Origin: Candidatus Hydrogenedentota bacterium
Lineage (GTDB): Bacteria; Hydrogenedentota; Hydrogenedentia; Hydrogenedentales; SLHB01
Reading direction: 5' to 3'
DNA length: 64,000 bases
Assembly: GCA_963674865.2 (NCBI GenBank)
Contig: CAXXYE010000009.1
Location: 1-64,000, forward strand
The position numbers and the translations under genes are program-made. Positions 41,152 to 51,657 of this stretch are shown piece by piece (position 1 is the first letter of the stretch; each line of letters begins with the position of its first letter). The notes beneath the pieces were generated by a model, which worked only from the letters and a program-made list of their open reading frames with translations, was not told the origin of the DNA and did no database searches.

Positions 41152-41610
41152 ATGGCTGATGACATGTTCCTTTCGAACGACAAGAAATCCCTGCGGCGCG
41201 GCCGGCGCGTGGCCGCCCGGACGGAGACATGCCGTCCGTGCTTGGTGCAGTCACAGAGCGCGCCCGAGCTTACCTTTCACGGCGTTGTGCTTGACATCAC
41301 TCCTTACGGAATGATGGTCCGCGTGATGGATCCGATCGCGGACGGTACGGCGGTGGTTGTCCAACTCATGCGGGATGACGAGTTCACGGTGCCGCTGGCG
41401 GAGCCGCGCGAGGGCAAGGTCGTCCGCGTACAGGAAAAGCCCGACGGGTTTTTCGATCTCGGGGTGCAATTGGTTCGCGAAGATGTCAGGCGTCCGGAGT
41501 CGCCGCCGATACATATCCCGAAGCGTCGTCCTATGCGGTACCCAAAGAGCAGAATGCATACAATCGATTTCATTGTGGGCGGGGAAACCCGGCGTCGTTC
41601 GGAGAAATAA
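41152..41610 (+). CDS. PilZ-domain protein
   Basis: RRGRR and DITPYG motifs; GKVVRV..LGVQL. Confidence 0.75.
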   Translation: MADDMFLSNDKKSLRRGRRVAARTETCRPCLVQSQSAPELTFHGVVLDITPYGMMVRVMDPIADGTAVVVQLMRDDEFTVPLAEPREGKVVRVQEKPDGFFDLGVQLVREDVRRPESPPIHIPKRRPMRYPKSRMHTIDFIVGGETRRRSEK

Positions 41611-41611
41611 A

Positions 41612-42001
41612 GTGGGCAAACCGAAGATTCTGATAGTTGATGATGAGCCGGATGTTGTTGCGTTTATTGAACGGACGCTGGTGACGGAGAACATGGAGGT
41701 TCTGGTTGCGTACGACGGGATCGGCGCTCTAGACGTGGCGGAGCGTGAACAACCCGACCTCGTGCTGCTCGACATCATGATGCCGATGATGAGCGGGTAT
41801 GAGGTGTGTGAACAGATCAAGGCAAATCCTCTGACGCAGCACATTCCGGTGGTTTGCGTGACATCCGCGCAGACACCTGACTCCCGCAGCCGAAGCCGCG
41901 CCGCGGGGGCCGCCACCGTTATCATGAAGCCTTTCCTTATTGCCGAGCTGATTGCCCAGGTTCGGCGCCACCTGCCGGCGAAGGAGGAGGCGGAAGAATA
42001 G
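41612..42001 (+). CDS. Single-domain response regulator (REC)
   Basis: ILIVDDE, PDLVLLDIMMP, VTS, KPF. GTG start 1 nt after the PilZ stop. Confidence 0.92.
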   Translation: MGKPKILIVDDEPDVVAFIERTLVTENMEVLVAYDGIGALDVAEREQPDLVLLDIMMPMMSGYEVCEQIKANPLTQHIPVVCVTSAQTPDSRSRSRAAGAATVIMKPFLIAELIAQVRRHLPAKEEAEE

Positions 42002-42225
42002 CGGGGCCGGGCCTCACGCTAGGCTTATACACGCCTCCTCTGTCACAAGAAACCTACCTGCGCCAGCGGCTCGGGAGACTTGCATTCCGCCAACTTCTGC
42101 CTCTTGGGCTCCCATGGTGATGGCCTTACCGCCCTGTGCACCAGCAATGTCACGGCCACCGGCGCTCGATTGCGCAGTGTCATAGGGGGTGCTATCCTGC
42201 GGCAAAGAGAGAGGAGGTATCCGAC

Positions 42226-44295
42226 GTGAGACGATTCTTGGGCATTCTCAGCATCTTGGTTGTGGCCGCCGGCTATGCATCGGCAGGGAATATCGATGAC
42301 GGCGTCCTTCTCGTCGACGGCAAGCCCTTCTTCCCCTTGGGAAGTTGGAACAGCAGCTACACAAGCCCGGAAGACATCGCACGGTTAGGAATGAACACGA
42401 GTTTTCGCGGAGGCCCGACTACGGACGAGGCCGTGGCCGCATTCCGCGAGTTCATGCGCGCGTGCGGCAAACTGGGCGTGCAGGTTGTGCCTTACCTCTC
42501 CTACGGCGGCGCGGGCGTTGCGCCGTGGCCTCCCGAGAACGTCCGCAGGATCGCGCAGCTCGCGACGGAGCCCAATCTCCTGACCTGGTACGTCGGGGAT
42601 GACATCGTGATGGATCATCTGCCCGGCATCCGGCAAACCGTCAACATCCTCCGCGAGCAGACGCCGACTATCCCCACAGTCGCCGATTACATTGCCACCG
42701 AGACGCCTGAGGCGAAAACAACCTTCACGCAGTACGTGGACATCCGGTGCCAGTACGCGTATCCCGTTCCGGACGAACCGTTCACGGACTACCTGGCCTT
42801 CTTTGACGAGCAGCGGGAGTTCGTCGGCGATCCGCTTTGGACTTGGCTACAGAACTTCATGTGGGGCCGCACGGGACGCATGTTCAACATCGGCGCGGAA
42901 GGCCCCGGCCCGCTCCCCGAGCCTGAGCAGGTACGTCTGCTGGCCTATGCGGCGCTCCTTCGCGGCGTGCGGGGACTGCTCTTCTTCCCGCACCACGAGT
43001 TGCACCGGCAGCCGGAGCTTGCGGCATCGGTGGCGCTTACGTGCCGCGAGATTCGCCTATTCGAATCGCATCTCGCGGCCGGCGAGATGTCTATGAACTT
43101 GGAGACAAGCAATTCTGACGTTCATGCCACCGCGTTCCGCTACGGCGGATCAACCGTCATCGCAGCGGCACTGCTCAAACCGTTCTATCACCGATACGTG
43201 GACGAAGGCATTGCCCACGACGTGACGCTGACGTGTCGATGGGAAGGAGAACGCCTGCCCGAGGCGATGCTCGTAGCGGCGCCGGACCTGGTGCCGTGCT
43301 CCGTCGCGTGGGCTCAGACGCGAGGAATGGTAGACGTAACCGTCCCATCCCTCGAACTCGCCGGCTTGATACTCCTCACGAACGACCGCGGCGAAGTACG
43401 CCGACTGCGCAAACAAGCGAAAGCAATCCCTGGGCAACTGCGGACGCTTGTCCTCACCGGGGCGGCGAGCCAGGCACGGAAAGTCTCGGGCGTCGTCTGG
43501 CAGCTCGGAATCGACAACCTCTACGCACCGCCGGTGGTCATGGAGACAATGCGCGCCGTCGAACGCTGTGCCGATGCCCTGGACAAGCGCGACTACGCCG
43601 GCGCGTTCCGGGCGTGGCGGGATACGCTTCGCTCGTGCCGCATCACCTTTGAAAATACGATGGCGTTTGCGGAGGCGCGCCGGGACGTAGTACCCAAGAA
43701 TCTGCAACCTTTCTTGGCCAATCCGTATGGACTTCACAATGTCAAGGGGCTTGGCAACGCGCCTGAAGCGGGCGATCCCTGGCAATTTGTCCGCTCCTGG
43801 ATGGTGGCGGGCCCGTTCCCGCTGGAGTGGGATGGGGAGTCAACGGCAACGCCACCTGGGTTTGATAGAGTGTACGGGCCCGAGAAGGGCGGAGGCCTGA
43901 ATCAGGCCTTCGACACCGTGGACGGCCGGGGCGTCTGGCGTTACGTCGAGACGGACGTGTCGGCGTTGCTCGACTTCCTGCCGTATTTCGGCACAACGGA
44001 AAATGTCGTCTGCTACGCGCGCTGCTCAATCATCGCGCCGCGGAACGTGGAGGCCCGCGTGAGCCTCGGAAGCAACGATGGGGCACGTGTATGGGTGAAC
44101 GGCGAGGATGTGTTCGCGTGGTCAAGCGTGGCCCAGGGAGGCCGTGCGGCCGCTCCGCATCAGGACGAGTTCCCAGTCCAACTTAACAAAGGCAGGAACC
44201 GCGTCTTGGCAAAAGTGGAGAACTTGGGCCGTAGCTGGCAGTTGTACTTGTCCGTTCACGATCCGGATCGGGAACTGGTGTTCGAGGTGGAATAG
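42226..44295 (+). CDS. Secreted glycoside-hydrolase-like protein with a C-terminal PA14-like domain
   Basis: AGGAGG RBS, signal peptide, LLVDGKPFFPLG; SNDGARVWVNG..LNKGRNRVLAKV. Confidence 0.6.
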   Translation: MRRFLGILSILVVAAGYASAGNIDDGVLLVDGKPFFPLGSWNSSYTSPEDIARLGMNTSFRGGPTTDEAVAAFREFMRACGKLGVQVVPYLSYGGAGVAPWPPENVRRIAQLATEPNLLTWYVGDDIVMDHLPGIRQTVNILREQTPTIPTVADYIATETPEAKTTFTQYVDIRCQYAYPVPDEPFTDYLAFFDEQREFVGDPLWTWLQNFMWGRTGRMFNIGAEGPGPLPEPEQVRLLAYAALLRGVRGLLFFPHHELHRQPELAASVALTCREIRLFESHLAAGEMSMNLETSNSDVHATAFRYGGSTVIAAALLKPFYHRYVDEGIAHDVTLTCRWEGERLPEAMLVAAPDLVPCSVAWAQTRGMVDVTVPSLELAGLILLTNDRGEVRRLRKQAKAIPGQLRTLVLTGAASQARKVSGVVWQLGIDNLYAPPVVMETMRAVERCADALDKRDYAGAFRAWRDTLRSCRITFENTMAFAEARRDVVPKNLQPFLANPYGLHNVKGLGNAPEAGDPWQFVRSWMVAGPFPLEWDGESTATPPGFDRVYGPEKGGGLNQAFDTVDGRGVWRYVETDVSALLDFLPYFGTTENVVCYARCSIIAPRNVEARVSLGSNDGARVWVNGEDVFAWSSVAQGGRAAAPHQDEFPVQLNKGRNRVLAKVENLGRSWQLYLSVHDPDRELVFEVE

Positions 44296-44339
44296 GAGCA
44301 TTAACACGCCTCGAAGCTAGAAACACGGGAGGGCACATC

Positions 44340-44945
44340 ATGCGACAAATCGTGACGATGGCCTTGATGCTCTGCTTGGTTGGCCCCGTCGCAGCTTCGC
44401 AGCCGGCCACTGAGAAACGGCCGGCCCCGGCTGCGAATAAGTCTGAAGCGGCGGAAATGGCCGAATGGCAGATACGCCTGAAGGCGGAACTCGACGAGAT
44501 GAAGAAAGGGCTTGAAACGGTGCCGGACAAGGTCGCCGACGCCATGGCCCAATTGATCGAGCTGAAGGAAGCAATGATCGAGTCATTGGATGAGCGCATC
44601 AAGGCACTTAAGGAAGCCGACTGGGACCTCCTCAAGAAGGTCGACGTCGGCATGAAGGCCACGGAGCGGAGGCTTACGCTCAAACAACTGGACCTGGATG
44701 AAGCAAGGGCCATTAGCGAGTTGCAGGAGCGTGCGCGGGAAACCGGCCTGGACGAGCTCGACTCGCTCATCGCCAAGACAAGGAACCGGTTCGAGCGCCG
44801 TCGCGAGATCCGGCGGGAGATCATCCGGCTCGAGCAGGAGGACGGCCAACTCGAACTCGAGCAAGTGCTGATGATGAAGCGGCTCGAAGTGCAGGCACTT
44901 GAGCAGGAGGCGGAGCGGCTCAACAAGGAACGTGTCGCGCTTTGA
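44340..44945 (+). CDS. Secreted coiled-coil hypothetical protein
   Basis: GGAGGG RBS, signal peptide, E/K/L/R-rich heptads. Confidence 0.7.
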   Translation: MRQIVTMALMLCLVGPVAASQPATEKRPAPAANKSEAAEMAEWQIRLKAELDEMKKGLETVPDKVADAMAQLIELKEAMIESLDERIKALKEADWDLLKKVDVGMKATERRLTLKQLDLDEARAISELQERARETGLDELDSLIAKTRNRFERRREIRREIIRLEQEDGQLELEQVLMMKRLEVQALEQEAERLNKERVAL

Positions 44946-45081
44946 CGTTTCCGCGAATCACGCGCGTGCATTCCCGGTTGACAAGACTGCCTTGACGCGA
45001 TTATCTTGCGGGCGCATTCACGACCCTGCCCCGACGAAAGGCGATGCTGAGGCGCGTGCGCGCCGGGAACCAGCCACCTGT

Positions 45082-47169
45082 ATGATCCAAGAATACGACG
45101 CGCAACAGTGCGCCCGCCTGGCGGGCATCATCGAAGATGCCGCCCTCCACTACAGACACGCCCCCTCGCGCTATGACGCGGGGCACCAATTCCGCTTGGA
45201 CATCACCGGCGTGTGCCCGGCGACCACCGGCCAAGCCACCCTCGAGGTCGAACGGTTCGTCGGGGGAGGATTCGCGGGACAAGTTTACCGTACCACGCTG
45301 ACCGCTTTGGACTTACAGGGCGATGACATCCCCGGTTTGGCCATCGGCGGCCGGTACGCCGTCAAGATTATGCTGCCTCCCTCGCGGTTCTCGCTGTTGT
45401 TCCGTAACGTCATCTACGGCCTCGCCTATCAAGGCGCGTTTTCGCCGCAGGTAAATCCGGCCGCGGCCCGGGCCGGCGTGCTCTGGCAGAAGCTGATCCG
45501 CCGGGGGGCGGCGTTGCACTTCGGCGATCAGGCCTGTGTCGCGGACACCTACGCGACCTTCTTCGACGCGGGACTCGGCAGCTTCGGCGAAATCAACGAG
45601 TGGGTAGACGGCCGAACATGGCGGTTCGATGTCGACGACACCATCTTCCAGCGTCGCAAACGCCCGAGCGATGCCGGCGAATATCTGGCCAAGAAAGCCT
45701 TCATGGGGGATTTCGTGCGGCTTCTCCATGAGATGGGCGCCCCGGAACTGGCGCGCCAGTATGAATGGTGGACCTGCAAGAGCCAGCCGAACGTCTTGAA
45801 ACGCCTCGATGCAGGAGAGGGGCCGGCGGATGGGCTGACGGCGCTGGACTTCCGAGCCGGGCTGGCCTTGCTGCCTTTCCTCCCCATGAGCCCAGGCGAT
45901 ATCCCATTGATAATGAAAGGCTTAAGGCGCGGGGCCCTGGTGCAGTTCGACCGCGGCAATCTGGCCCAGCTCGATGCCTACTGCGAGGAACGGCGCGAAG
46001 ACTTCGCCGACCTGGCGGCCGCGCTCGATGAATTGAAGGACACCGACCCGGCATATCGCGCCTCACTTCCGGATGTGACGCATCACGGCCTCCGGCCGTT
46101 GCATGATCGGGCGCTGGCGTCGAGCATCAGGGACGGCTTCATCCAGAGTTGGCGCGCGCGAGGCTTCCTGGATGAAGAACACGCGGAGAAAGTCTCCCGG
46201 TCGTTCTGTCGGTTCGTGCTGGTCATTTCCCTCGGTTTTGTGCCGTTTCTGGGCAGATTCACGCGCCGTTTGCTCGGAAACGCCGCCTTCGCACGTCATA
46301 TCGGCGCGATACTCTCGAACTTCGGCTACTTCCGGCGCGCCCTCCGCGCCTACCAGGCCCGTACCTTGGCGGATTGGTACCGCGCCGGGAGAGTCAGCGA
46401 CAAGCGGCTCGACTTCTACCTCAGCCATTCCGGCCTCTTCTGGCTGGCCTGGATACTCCCCGGTTTGCTCCCACTACCGCCAAAATGGCACCGATTCTTG
46501 ACGGATTTCCGCTTTGCCGGGCGGCTTATGGCCGGCGCCGTCGTCTATCCCATCAAGTTCTACCGCGACGTCGCGTTTCGCGAGCAATGGCTCACCAACG
46601 AGATCGAAAGCGGCGCGGGGGAAGGGATGCTGACTTCCGAGGAGAGGGCGCGCATCCTTGCCCGCGTGCCGGATCCGTACATCCAGAAATACCTCAAGTG
46701 CGTGGCCGTGCACGTCTGCACGCTGCCCATCACGCAGATCATCTCCGTCCTGGCTGCCGTGTACGCCTATTTCGCCTTCGGCGATACCTGGCAAGAGAGC
46801 TGGGTGTGGGCCTTAGGAGTCCTGACCTCGTTTCAGTTCCTGCCAATCTCGCCGGGATCATTCGTGCGGGGCACGTACGTGGTGTACCTTATGATCAAAG
46901 AGCGGAACTGGCGGAATTACTGGGTGGCCGTGCTCGTATCCTACTGGCATTACATCGGTTATCTAGGCTTCCCCCTCCAGATGGTGACGGAGTTCCCGGC
47001 CCTCGCGCGGTTCATGGCGGGCCGCTGGGCCACCAAGATGGTGCGATTCATCCCCGTCTTCGGGGAACGCGGCGCCCTCCTCGAGCACGTTGTCTTTGAC
47101 GTGTTCTTCAACGTTCCGCTGTCCGTAAAGCGCCTTTTCTCACGGAAAACAGGGCAAGCTGAACCATGA
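45082..47169 (+). CDS. Membrane protein with an N-terminal protein-kinase-like domain
   Basis: FVGGGFAGQVY, YAVKI, SQPNVL, ALDFRAG; C-terminal TM helices. Confidence 0.6.
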   Translation: MIQEYDAQQCARLAGIIEDAALHYRHAPSRYDAGHQFRLDITGVCPATTGQATLEVERFVGGGFAGQVYRTTLTALDLQGDDIPGLAIGGRYAVKIMLPPSRFSLLFRNVIYGLAYQGAFSPQVNPAAARAGVLWQKLIRRGAALHFGDQACVADTYATFFDAGLGSFGEINEWVDGRTWRFDVDDTIFQRRKRPSDAGEYLAKKAFMGDFVRLLHEMGAPELARQYEWWTCKSQPNVLKRLDAGEGPADGLTALDFRAGLALLPFLPMSPGDIPLIMKGLRRGALVQFDRGNLAQLDAYCEERREDFADLAAALDELKDTDPAYRASLPDVTHHGLRPLHDRALASSIRDGFIQSWRARGFLDEEHAEKVSRSFCRFVLVISLGFVPFLGRFTRRLLGNAAFARHIGAILSNFGYFRRALRAYQARTLADWYRAGRVSDKRLDFYLSHSGLFWLAWILPGLLPLPPKWHRFLTDFRFAGRLMAGAVVYPIKFYRDVAFREQWLTNEIESGAGEGMLTSEERARILARVPDPYIQKYLKCVAVHVCTLPITQIISVLAAVYAYFAFGDTWQESWVWALGVLTSFQFLPISPGSFVRGTYVVYLMIKERNWRNYWVAVLVSYWHYIGYLGFPLQMVTEFPALARFMAGRWATKMVRFIPVFGERGALLEHVVFDVFFNVPLSVKRLFSRKTGQAEP

Positions 47170-48557
47170 ACGTGATCCTCATCATTGCCGACACGGTGCG
47201 GCATGATTACCTCGGTTGCTACGGCAACACCTGGGTGGCGACGCCGCATCTCGACAGGCTGGCCGGAGAATCGGCCGTGATGGAGCGCTTCTTCACGGGG
47301 AGTTTCCCCACGGGCCCCATGAGAAAGGATGTGCATGCGGGCCGGTTCACGTTCACCTACGCGAACTGGGGCGCGCCGCGTCCGGCGGGCGAACTCGTGT
47401 TGGCGGAACTGCTGCGTGACGCAGGCTACACCACGGCCTATATCGGCGACACCAACAACAGCTCCCAGTATATGGACGGGTTCGAGCACCAGGAGATCGT
47501 GCCGAACGCCCCTGCCCGGCTCGGTGATGTGCCCGAAGAAGTCCCCCTGCCCGCCCACCCGGACAAGCTGCGGTTGCCCATGCACCATGCCATGGCCATC
47601 GCCCGGCAGGCCCGCGCCTGGGATGGCGAGGCGGAACGGCGCGCACCCAGAACGGCCCAGGCGGCCCACCGCTGGCTCGAGGATCATCAGGCGGACGCCA
47701 AGCCATTCTTCCTCTGGGTGGACACCTTCGATCCGCATGAGCCATGGGATCCGCCCCGGTACTACATAGATCGCTACGACAAAGGCTATCAGGGCGAAGA
47801 ACTCATGGAGCCGGCCTACGCGCCCGCGGGCTACGCCTCGGAGGATGAGATTCGCCACATGCGCTGCATGTACGCGGCGAAACTCACCATGGTGGATCGC
47901 TGGCTCGGCTTCCTTCTAGACGGCATCAGGCACATGGGCCTCGAGCAGGACACGGCGGTTCTGTTCACGAGCGACCACGGCTTCTACCACGGCGAGCACG
48001 GATTCATCGGGAAGGTCGAACTCGACCGCGAGGGCAAGATATGCCGGCGGTGGCCCCTGTACTCGACCATCGCCCACCCGCCGCTCATGATCAAGCTGCC
48101 CGGCGGGCCAGCAGGGCGCCGCTTCGGTGCGTTCTGCCAACCGCCGGATATCACGGCGACCATCCTCGATCTCGCGGGTGTGCCACGGCCGGGATGCGTC
48201 CAAGGCGAATCTTTGTTGCCGGTGGTGCGCGGCGACGAGGAAGCCATTCGCGATCACGCGGTTAGCTCGCTGACGTATGTAACCGACGACAAAGTCCGTT
48301 GCCCCACCTCCTTCCGAACCGAGGACTACCTGTACATCTACGGCGGCGACGAATGGGAATCGGAATTGTACGATCTGCACGCCGATCCGGATGAATCATG
48401 CAACATCATCCAGGAGCGCAAGGACATCGCACGAGAACTACACGAGGCCTATGTCGAGTTCCTCAAGCGTATCGACTGCCCCGCCGTCAGCCTCGCGGCC
48501 CGCTCGGATTTCCCGTCCAAGCCGCGCACCGAAATCCCCTATGAGCGGCTGATCTAG
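47166..48557 (+). CDS. Sulfatase-like hydrolase
   Basis: NVILIIADTVRHD, TPHLD, FPTGPMR, DPHEPW, TSDHG, ELYDLHADPDE. Confidence 0.9.
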   Translation: MNVILIIADTVRHDYLGCYGNTWVATPHLDRLAGESAVMERFFTGSFPTGPMRKDVHAGRFTFTYANWGAPRPAGELVLAELLRDAGYTTAYIGDTNNSSQYMDGFEHQEIVPNAPARLGDVPEEVPLPAHPDKLRLPMHHAMAIARQARAWDGEAERRAPRTAQAAHRWLEDHQADAKPFFLWVDTFDPHEPWDPPRYYIDRYDKGYQGEELMEPAYAPAGYASEDEIRHMRCMYAAKLTMVDRWLGFLLDGIRHMGLEQDTAVLFTSDHGFYHGEHGFIGKVELDREGKICRRWPLYSTIAHPPLMIKLPGGPAGRRFGAFCQPPDITATILDLAGVPRPGCVQGESLLPVVRGDEEAIRDHAVSSLTYVTDDKVRCPTSFRTEDYLYIYGGDEWESELYDLHADPDESCNIIQERKDIARELHEAYVEFLKRIDCPAVSLAARSDFPSKPRTEIPYERLI

Positions 48558-48590
48558 CTGTGCCGCTCGGCGACGACCCAGGAGTGACTG

Positions 48591-49895
48591 ATGACTGAAA
48601 CGCCCGTCACCGCAGTGATTGTCGGCGCGGGGCACCGCGCCATGAAGTACGCTTCCTATGCGAAGGAGCAGCCGGAACGGCTCCGCATCGTCGGCGTCGC
48701 GGATCCGAATCCGCTGAGGCGGCAACAAGCGGCGGCGATGTACGGCTTCGGGGAAGATCGGTGTTTCGAGAGCACCGAGGACTTGGCCGCGGCGCCGAAG
48801 TTCGCGGACGCCGCGATCAACGGCACGATGGATCAACAGCACGTGCCGACCTCGCTCCCCTTGCTCGAAGCGGGGTACGATCTCCTGCTCGAAAAGCCCT
48901 TCGCCACGAATACGGACGAACTGTGGCGGCTCGTGAACGCGGCCAAGGCACACGGCCGGAAGGTGATGATCTGCCACGTCTTGCGGTATGCGCCGTTCTA
49001 CGCGGCCATCCGCCGGAAGCTCATCGAGGGGGCCGTCGGGGAGGTCATCAACATCCAGACTATCGAGCACGTGTCGTACCACCACATGGCGGTGGCGTTC
49101 GTGCGGGGGAAATGGAGCAGCAAGGCCCGGTGCGGCTCGTCGATGCTCATGGCGAAGTGCTGCCACGACCTGGATATTGTGGCGTGGATGAAGAGCGGCG
49201 TCCGGCCGGTGAAGGTGGCGAGTTTCGGGAGCAACACGCAGTTCCGCCCGGAGAAGGCGCCCCCGGGGGCCGGCACGCGCTGCCTCGTGGACTGCCCCAT
49301 CGAGGCCGACTGCCTCTACTCGGCCCGGAAACACTACATCGACCACCCCGAACGTTGGAGCTTCTACGTCTGGGACGCACTGGAACACGTCGAGAATCCG
49401 ACCATCGAGCAGAAGATCGCGTCGCTCAAGGCCGACAACCCTTACGGCCGCTGCGTCTGGAAATGCGACAACGACGTCGTGGATCACCAATCGGTAGCCA
49501 TCGAGTTCGCCGATGGCGCCACGGCGACGCACAACATGGTTGGCGGTACGGCGCGCCCCTCGCGATCAATTCATATTGTCGGCACGGAGGGCGAAATCGA
49601 GGGTGTGTTCGAGGATAGCCGGTTCGTCGTGCGGCACATCGACCCCCGGCCCGGACACGAGTACGCAGACGAACTCGTCGACCTCAAGCAGGGCGGGGAC
49701 ATGCACGGCGCCTTCGGCGGCCACGGGGGCGGCGACCTGCGGTTGGTGAACGACTTCGTCCGCGTGGTGCGCGGCGAGACGCCGTCCATCTCATGCACCA
49801 GCATCGAAGACTCCGTCAACGGCCACCTCATCGGCTTCTGCGCCGATCAGGCCATGGAAACGCAACAGGTTACGGCGATTCCTGAGGGGGCGTAG
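48591..49895 (+). CDS. Gfo/Idh/MocA family oxidoreductase
   Basis: VGAGHR, LEKP, CHVLRY, KCCHDLD, GHGGGD. Confidence 0.93.
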   Translation: MTETPVTAVIVGAGHRAMKYASYAKEQPERLRIVGVADPNPLRRQQAAAMYGFGEDRCFESTEDLAAAPKFADAAINGTMDQQHVPTSLPLLEAGYDLLLEKPFATNTDELWRLVNAAKAHGRKVMICHVLRYAPFYAAIRRKLIEGAVGEVINIQTIEHVSYHHMAVAFVRGKWSSKARCGSSMLMAKCCHDLDIVAWMKSGVRPVKVASFGSNTQFRPEKAPPGAGTRCLVDCPIEADCLYSARKHYIDHPERWSFYVWDALEHVENPTIEQKIASLKADNPYGRCVWKCDNDVVDHQSVAIEFADGATATHNMVGGTARPSRSIHIVGTEGEIEGVFEDSRFVVRHIDPRPGHEYADELVDLKQGGDMHGAFGGHGGGDLRLVNDFVRVVRGETPSISCTSIEDSVNGHLIGFCADQAMETQQVTAIPEGA

Positions 49896-50030
49896 CGGCG
49901 CAGAACGCCCAGTCTTTGATCAACCTTCGATTGGCCTCAAGAGTCACTGCGTCTTGCCCCCCGTACGAGGCGTGCCAAGCCCGTTTTCGCGAAGTCTTCT
50001 TGCTTTCCAGAACTGCCGGCACAGAGAATT

Positions 50031-50055
50031 GAACCGTTTCCCCGATTGAAACGAC
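50031..50055 (+). promoter_or_regulatory. Putative ECF-sigma autoregulatory promoter
   Basis: GAAC (50031-50034), 17 nt, CGAC (50052-50055), just upstream of the sigma gene. Confidence 0.45.
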
Positions 50056-50069
50056 CTTAGTGTGACTCA

Positions 50070-50618
50070 ATGGAAGAGCGCGATCGGATACAGGACGGTT
50101 TGCTCGTCCTCCAATGCCAGGAAGGCGGAGCGGACGCGTTCGAGGAGCTTCTTGGCCGATGGCAGCACCGGCTGTGGCGGCATGCCTGGCGCCTCGTAGG
50201 CCGTGAGGACGCTGCGTGGGACGTGTTGCAGGACTCGCTGCTTGCCATAGCCGCCGGGCTCGGCCGACTCGACGATGCGGCGGCGTTCGGAGCTTGGGCA
50301 TACCGCATCGTCACCAACAAGAGCCGGGACTGGATCCGCAAGGAGAGCCGGCGTAGAGATGCGCACAATTCCTATGCGGCCCATCGCCGACGAGACGAGG
50401 AAGTGCAACCTTCAGGCGAACGGTTCACGTCGCTCAAGGAGGCCGTGGCGTCTTTGCCCGGCAAAGACCGCGCCGTGCTCTCGTTGAAGTACGAAGAAGG
50501 ATTCGACATCGAGGAGATTGCGTCCATTCTGGACGTGCCGTCCGGAACGGTAAAATCGAGGCTCTATCACGCCCGTGAACGCCTCAGGAAGGCTGTGGAG
50601 GTAGGGAAACATGAATGA
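50070..50618 (+). CDS. ECF-type RNA polymerase sigma factor
   Basis: AWDVLQD, FGAWAYRIVTNK, EEIASILDVPSGTVKSRLYHAR. Confidence 0.95.
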   Translation: MEERDRIQDGLLVLQCQEGGADAFEELLGRWQHRLWRHAWRLVGREDAAWDVLQDSLLAIAAGLGRLDDAAAFGAWAYRIVTNKSRDWIRKESRRRDAHNSYAAHRRRDEEVQPSGERFTSLKEAVASLPGKDRAVLSLKYEEGFDIEEIASILDVPSGTVKSRLYHARERLRKAVEVGKHE

Positions 50619-51657
50619 CATGGATGACGGACTCAGCGAAGCCTTGTCCGAGAATGGGCACTACGACGAAGACAGGGCCGCCGAAGCGCGGAAGGTGCTG
50701 CGCGAGAAGTTCGAGGGGGGCTACCTTCGAATAGAGCGCATGATGTGTCTCTACTCACTGCTGTTCACGGCGGTTGCTGCCTATTGTGTCCTCAGACTCT
50801 TGCGCAGTGGCGATCCAAAGGATTCCATTCTCTTCGGAGTGATTCTATTCGTGTTCGTGTTGCACCAGGGGCGCGTCAAGCTCTGGTTCTGGATAATGAA
50901 CACGAAGATCAGTGTGCTCAAGGAGATCAAGCTGCTTCGTTTGTCGCCGGCGTCGGGGAGCGGGCATACCGACGACGTCGACGAGCGCGAACTGCATCAG
51001 TTGCTGTTCAAACCTGTGGCGCACGGCCGGGGGGGCACCAAGGCCGAGAGGTTCTTGTGGTATGCGGCGATAGTTGCGATCGCCTTGAGTGCCGCCCTAC
51101 TGGGCAACGCCGACGGGACTCGCAAGAACATGATGGCGGCGATATCCGCAGACGAGCTGGCCGTGTGGACCTTCGACGCGTCCGATACTGTGGCCGCGCA
51201 GTCGGAACTCCGCATCCAGGAATCGAGTTCAAGCCTCTCGCAGTTGTTGACATTGCCCTATGCCGACGGTGAGATCCAATCCGTCACGCTGAACGGGCAG
51301 CAGGCCGAGTTCGTGGCGCTGGGTGACGGCGAATACCGCGTAGAAATACCGGACGCGCTGTTCATGAAGGAGAAGGTGATGGAGGTCAAATGGGCCTTTC
51401 CCTTCTCGGCGCTCGAGCACAAAGGAGAAACCTACCGCACCGTCCTGAGAGGCTTGATGCCTGTGCGCGCGTACATGCTAAGAGTCCAACTCACGGAGGA
51501 TTCGAAATACGAGTTCGGAGATTGGCCCGGGGCCGCCAAGGGAATCCCATTTTCCGCCTCGTTCAATTCCCCTCAGCAGAGTTTCGGCTCCTGCGGCCTG
51601 GGAATCAGGCCGTCCGAGAAGACTGGCCAGGCGTCAACCACTTCCGGTTCGCGCTGA
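50611..51657 (+). CDS. Putative anti-sigma membrane protein (3 TM + periplasmic beta domain)
   Basis: Overlaps the sigma stop; TM segments; KLWFWIMNTKISVLKEIKLL. Confidence 0.65.
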   Translation: MNDMDDGLSEALSENGHYDEDRAAEARKVLREKFEGGYLRIERMMCLYSLLFTAVAAYCVLRLLRSGDPKDSILFGVILFVFVLHQGRVKLWFWIMNTKISVLKEIKLLRLSPASGSGHTDDVDERELHQLLFKPVAHGRGGTKAERFLWYAAIVAIALSAALLGNADGTRKNMMAAISADELAVWTFDASDTVAAQSELRIQESSSSLSQLLTLPYADGEIQSVTLNGQQAEFVALGDGEYRVEIPDALFMKEKVMEVKWAFPFSALEHKGETYRTVLRGLMPVRAYMLRVQLTEDSKYEFGDWPGAAKGIPFSASFNSPQQSFGSCGLGIRPSEKTGQASTTSGSR

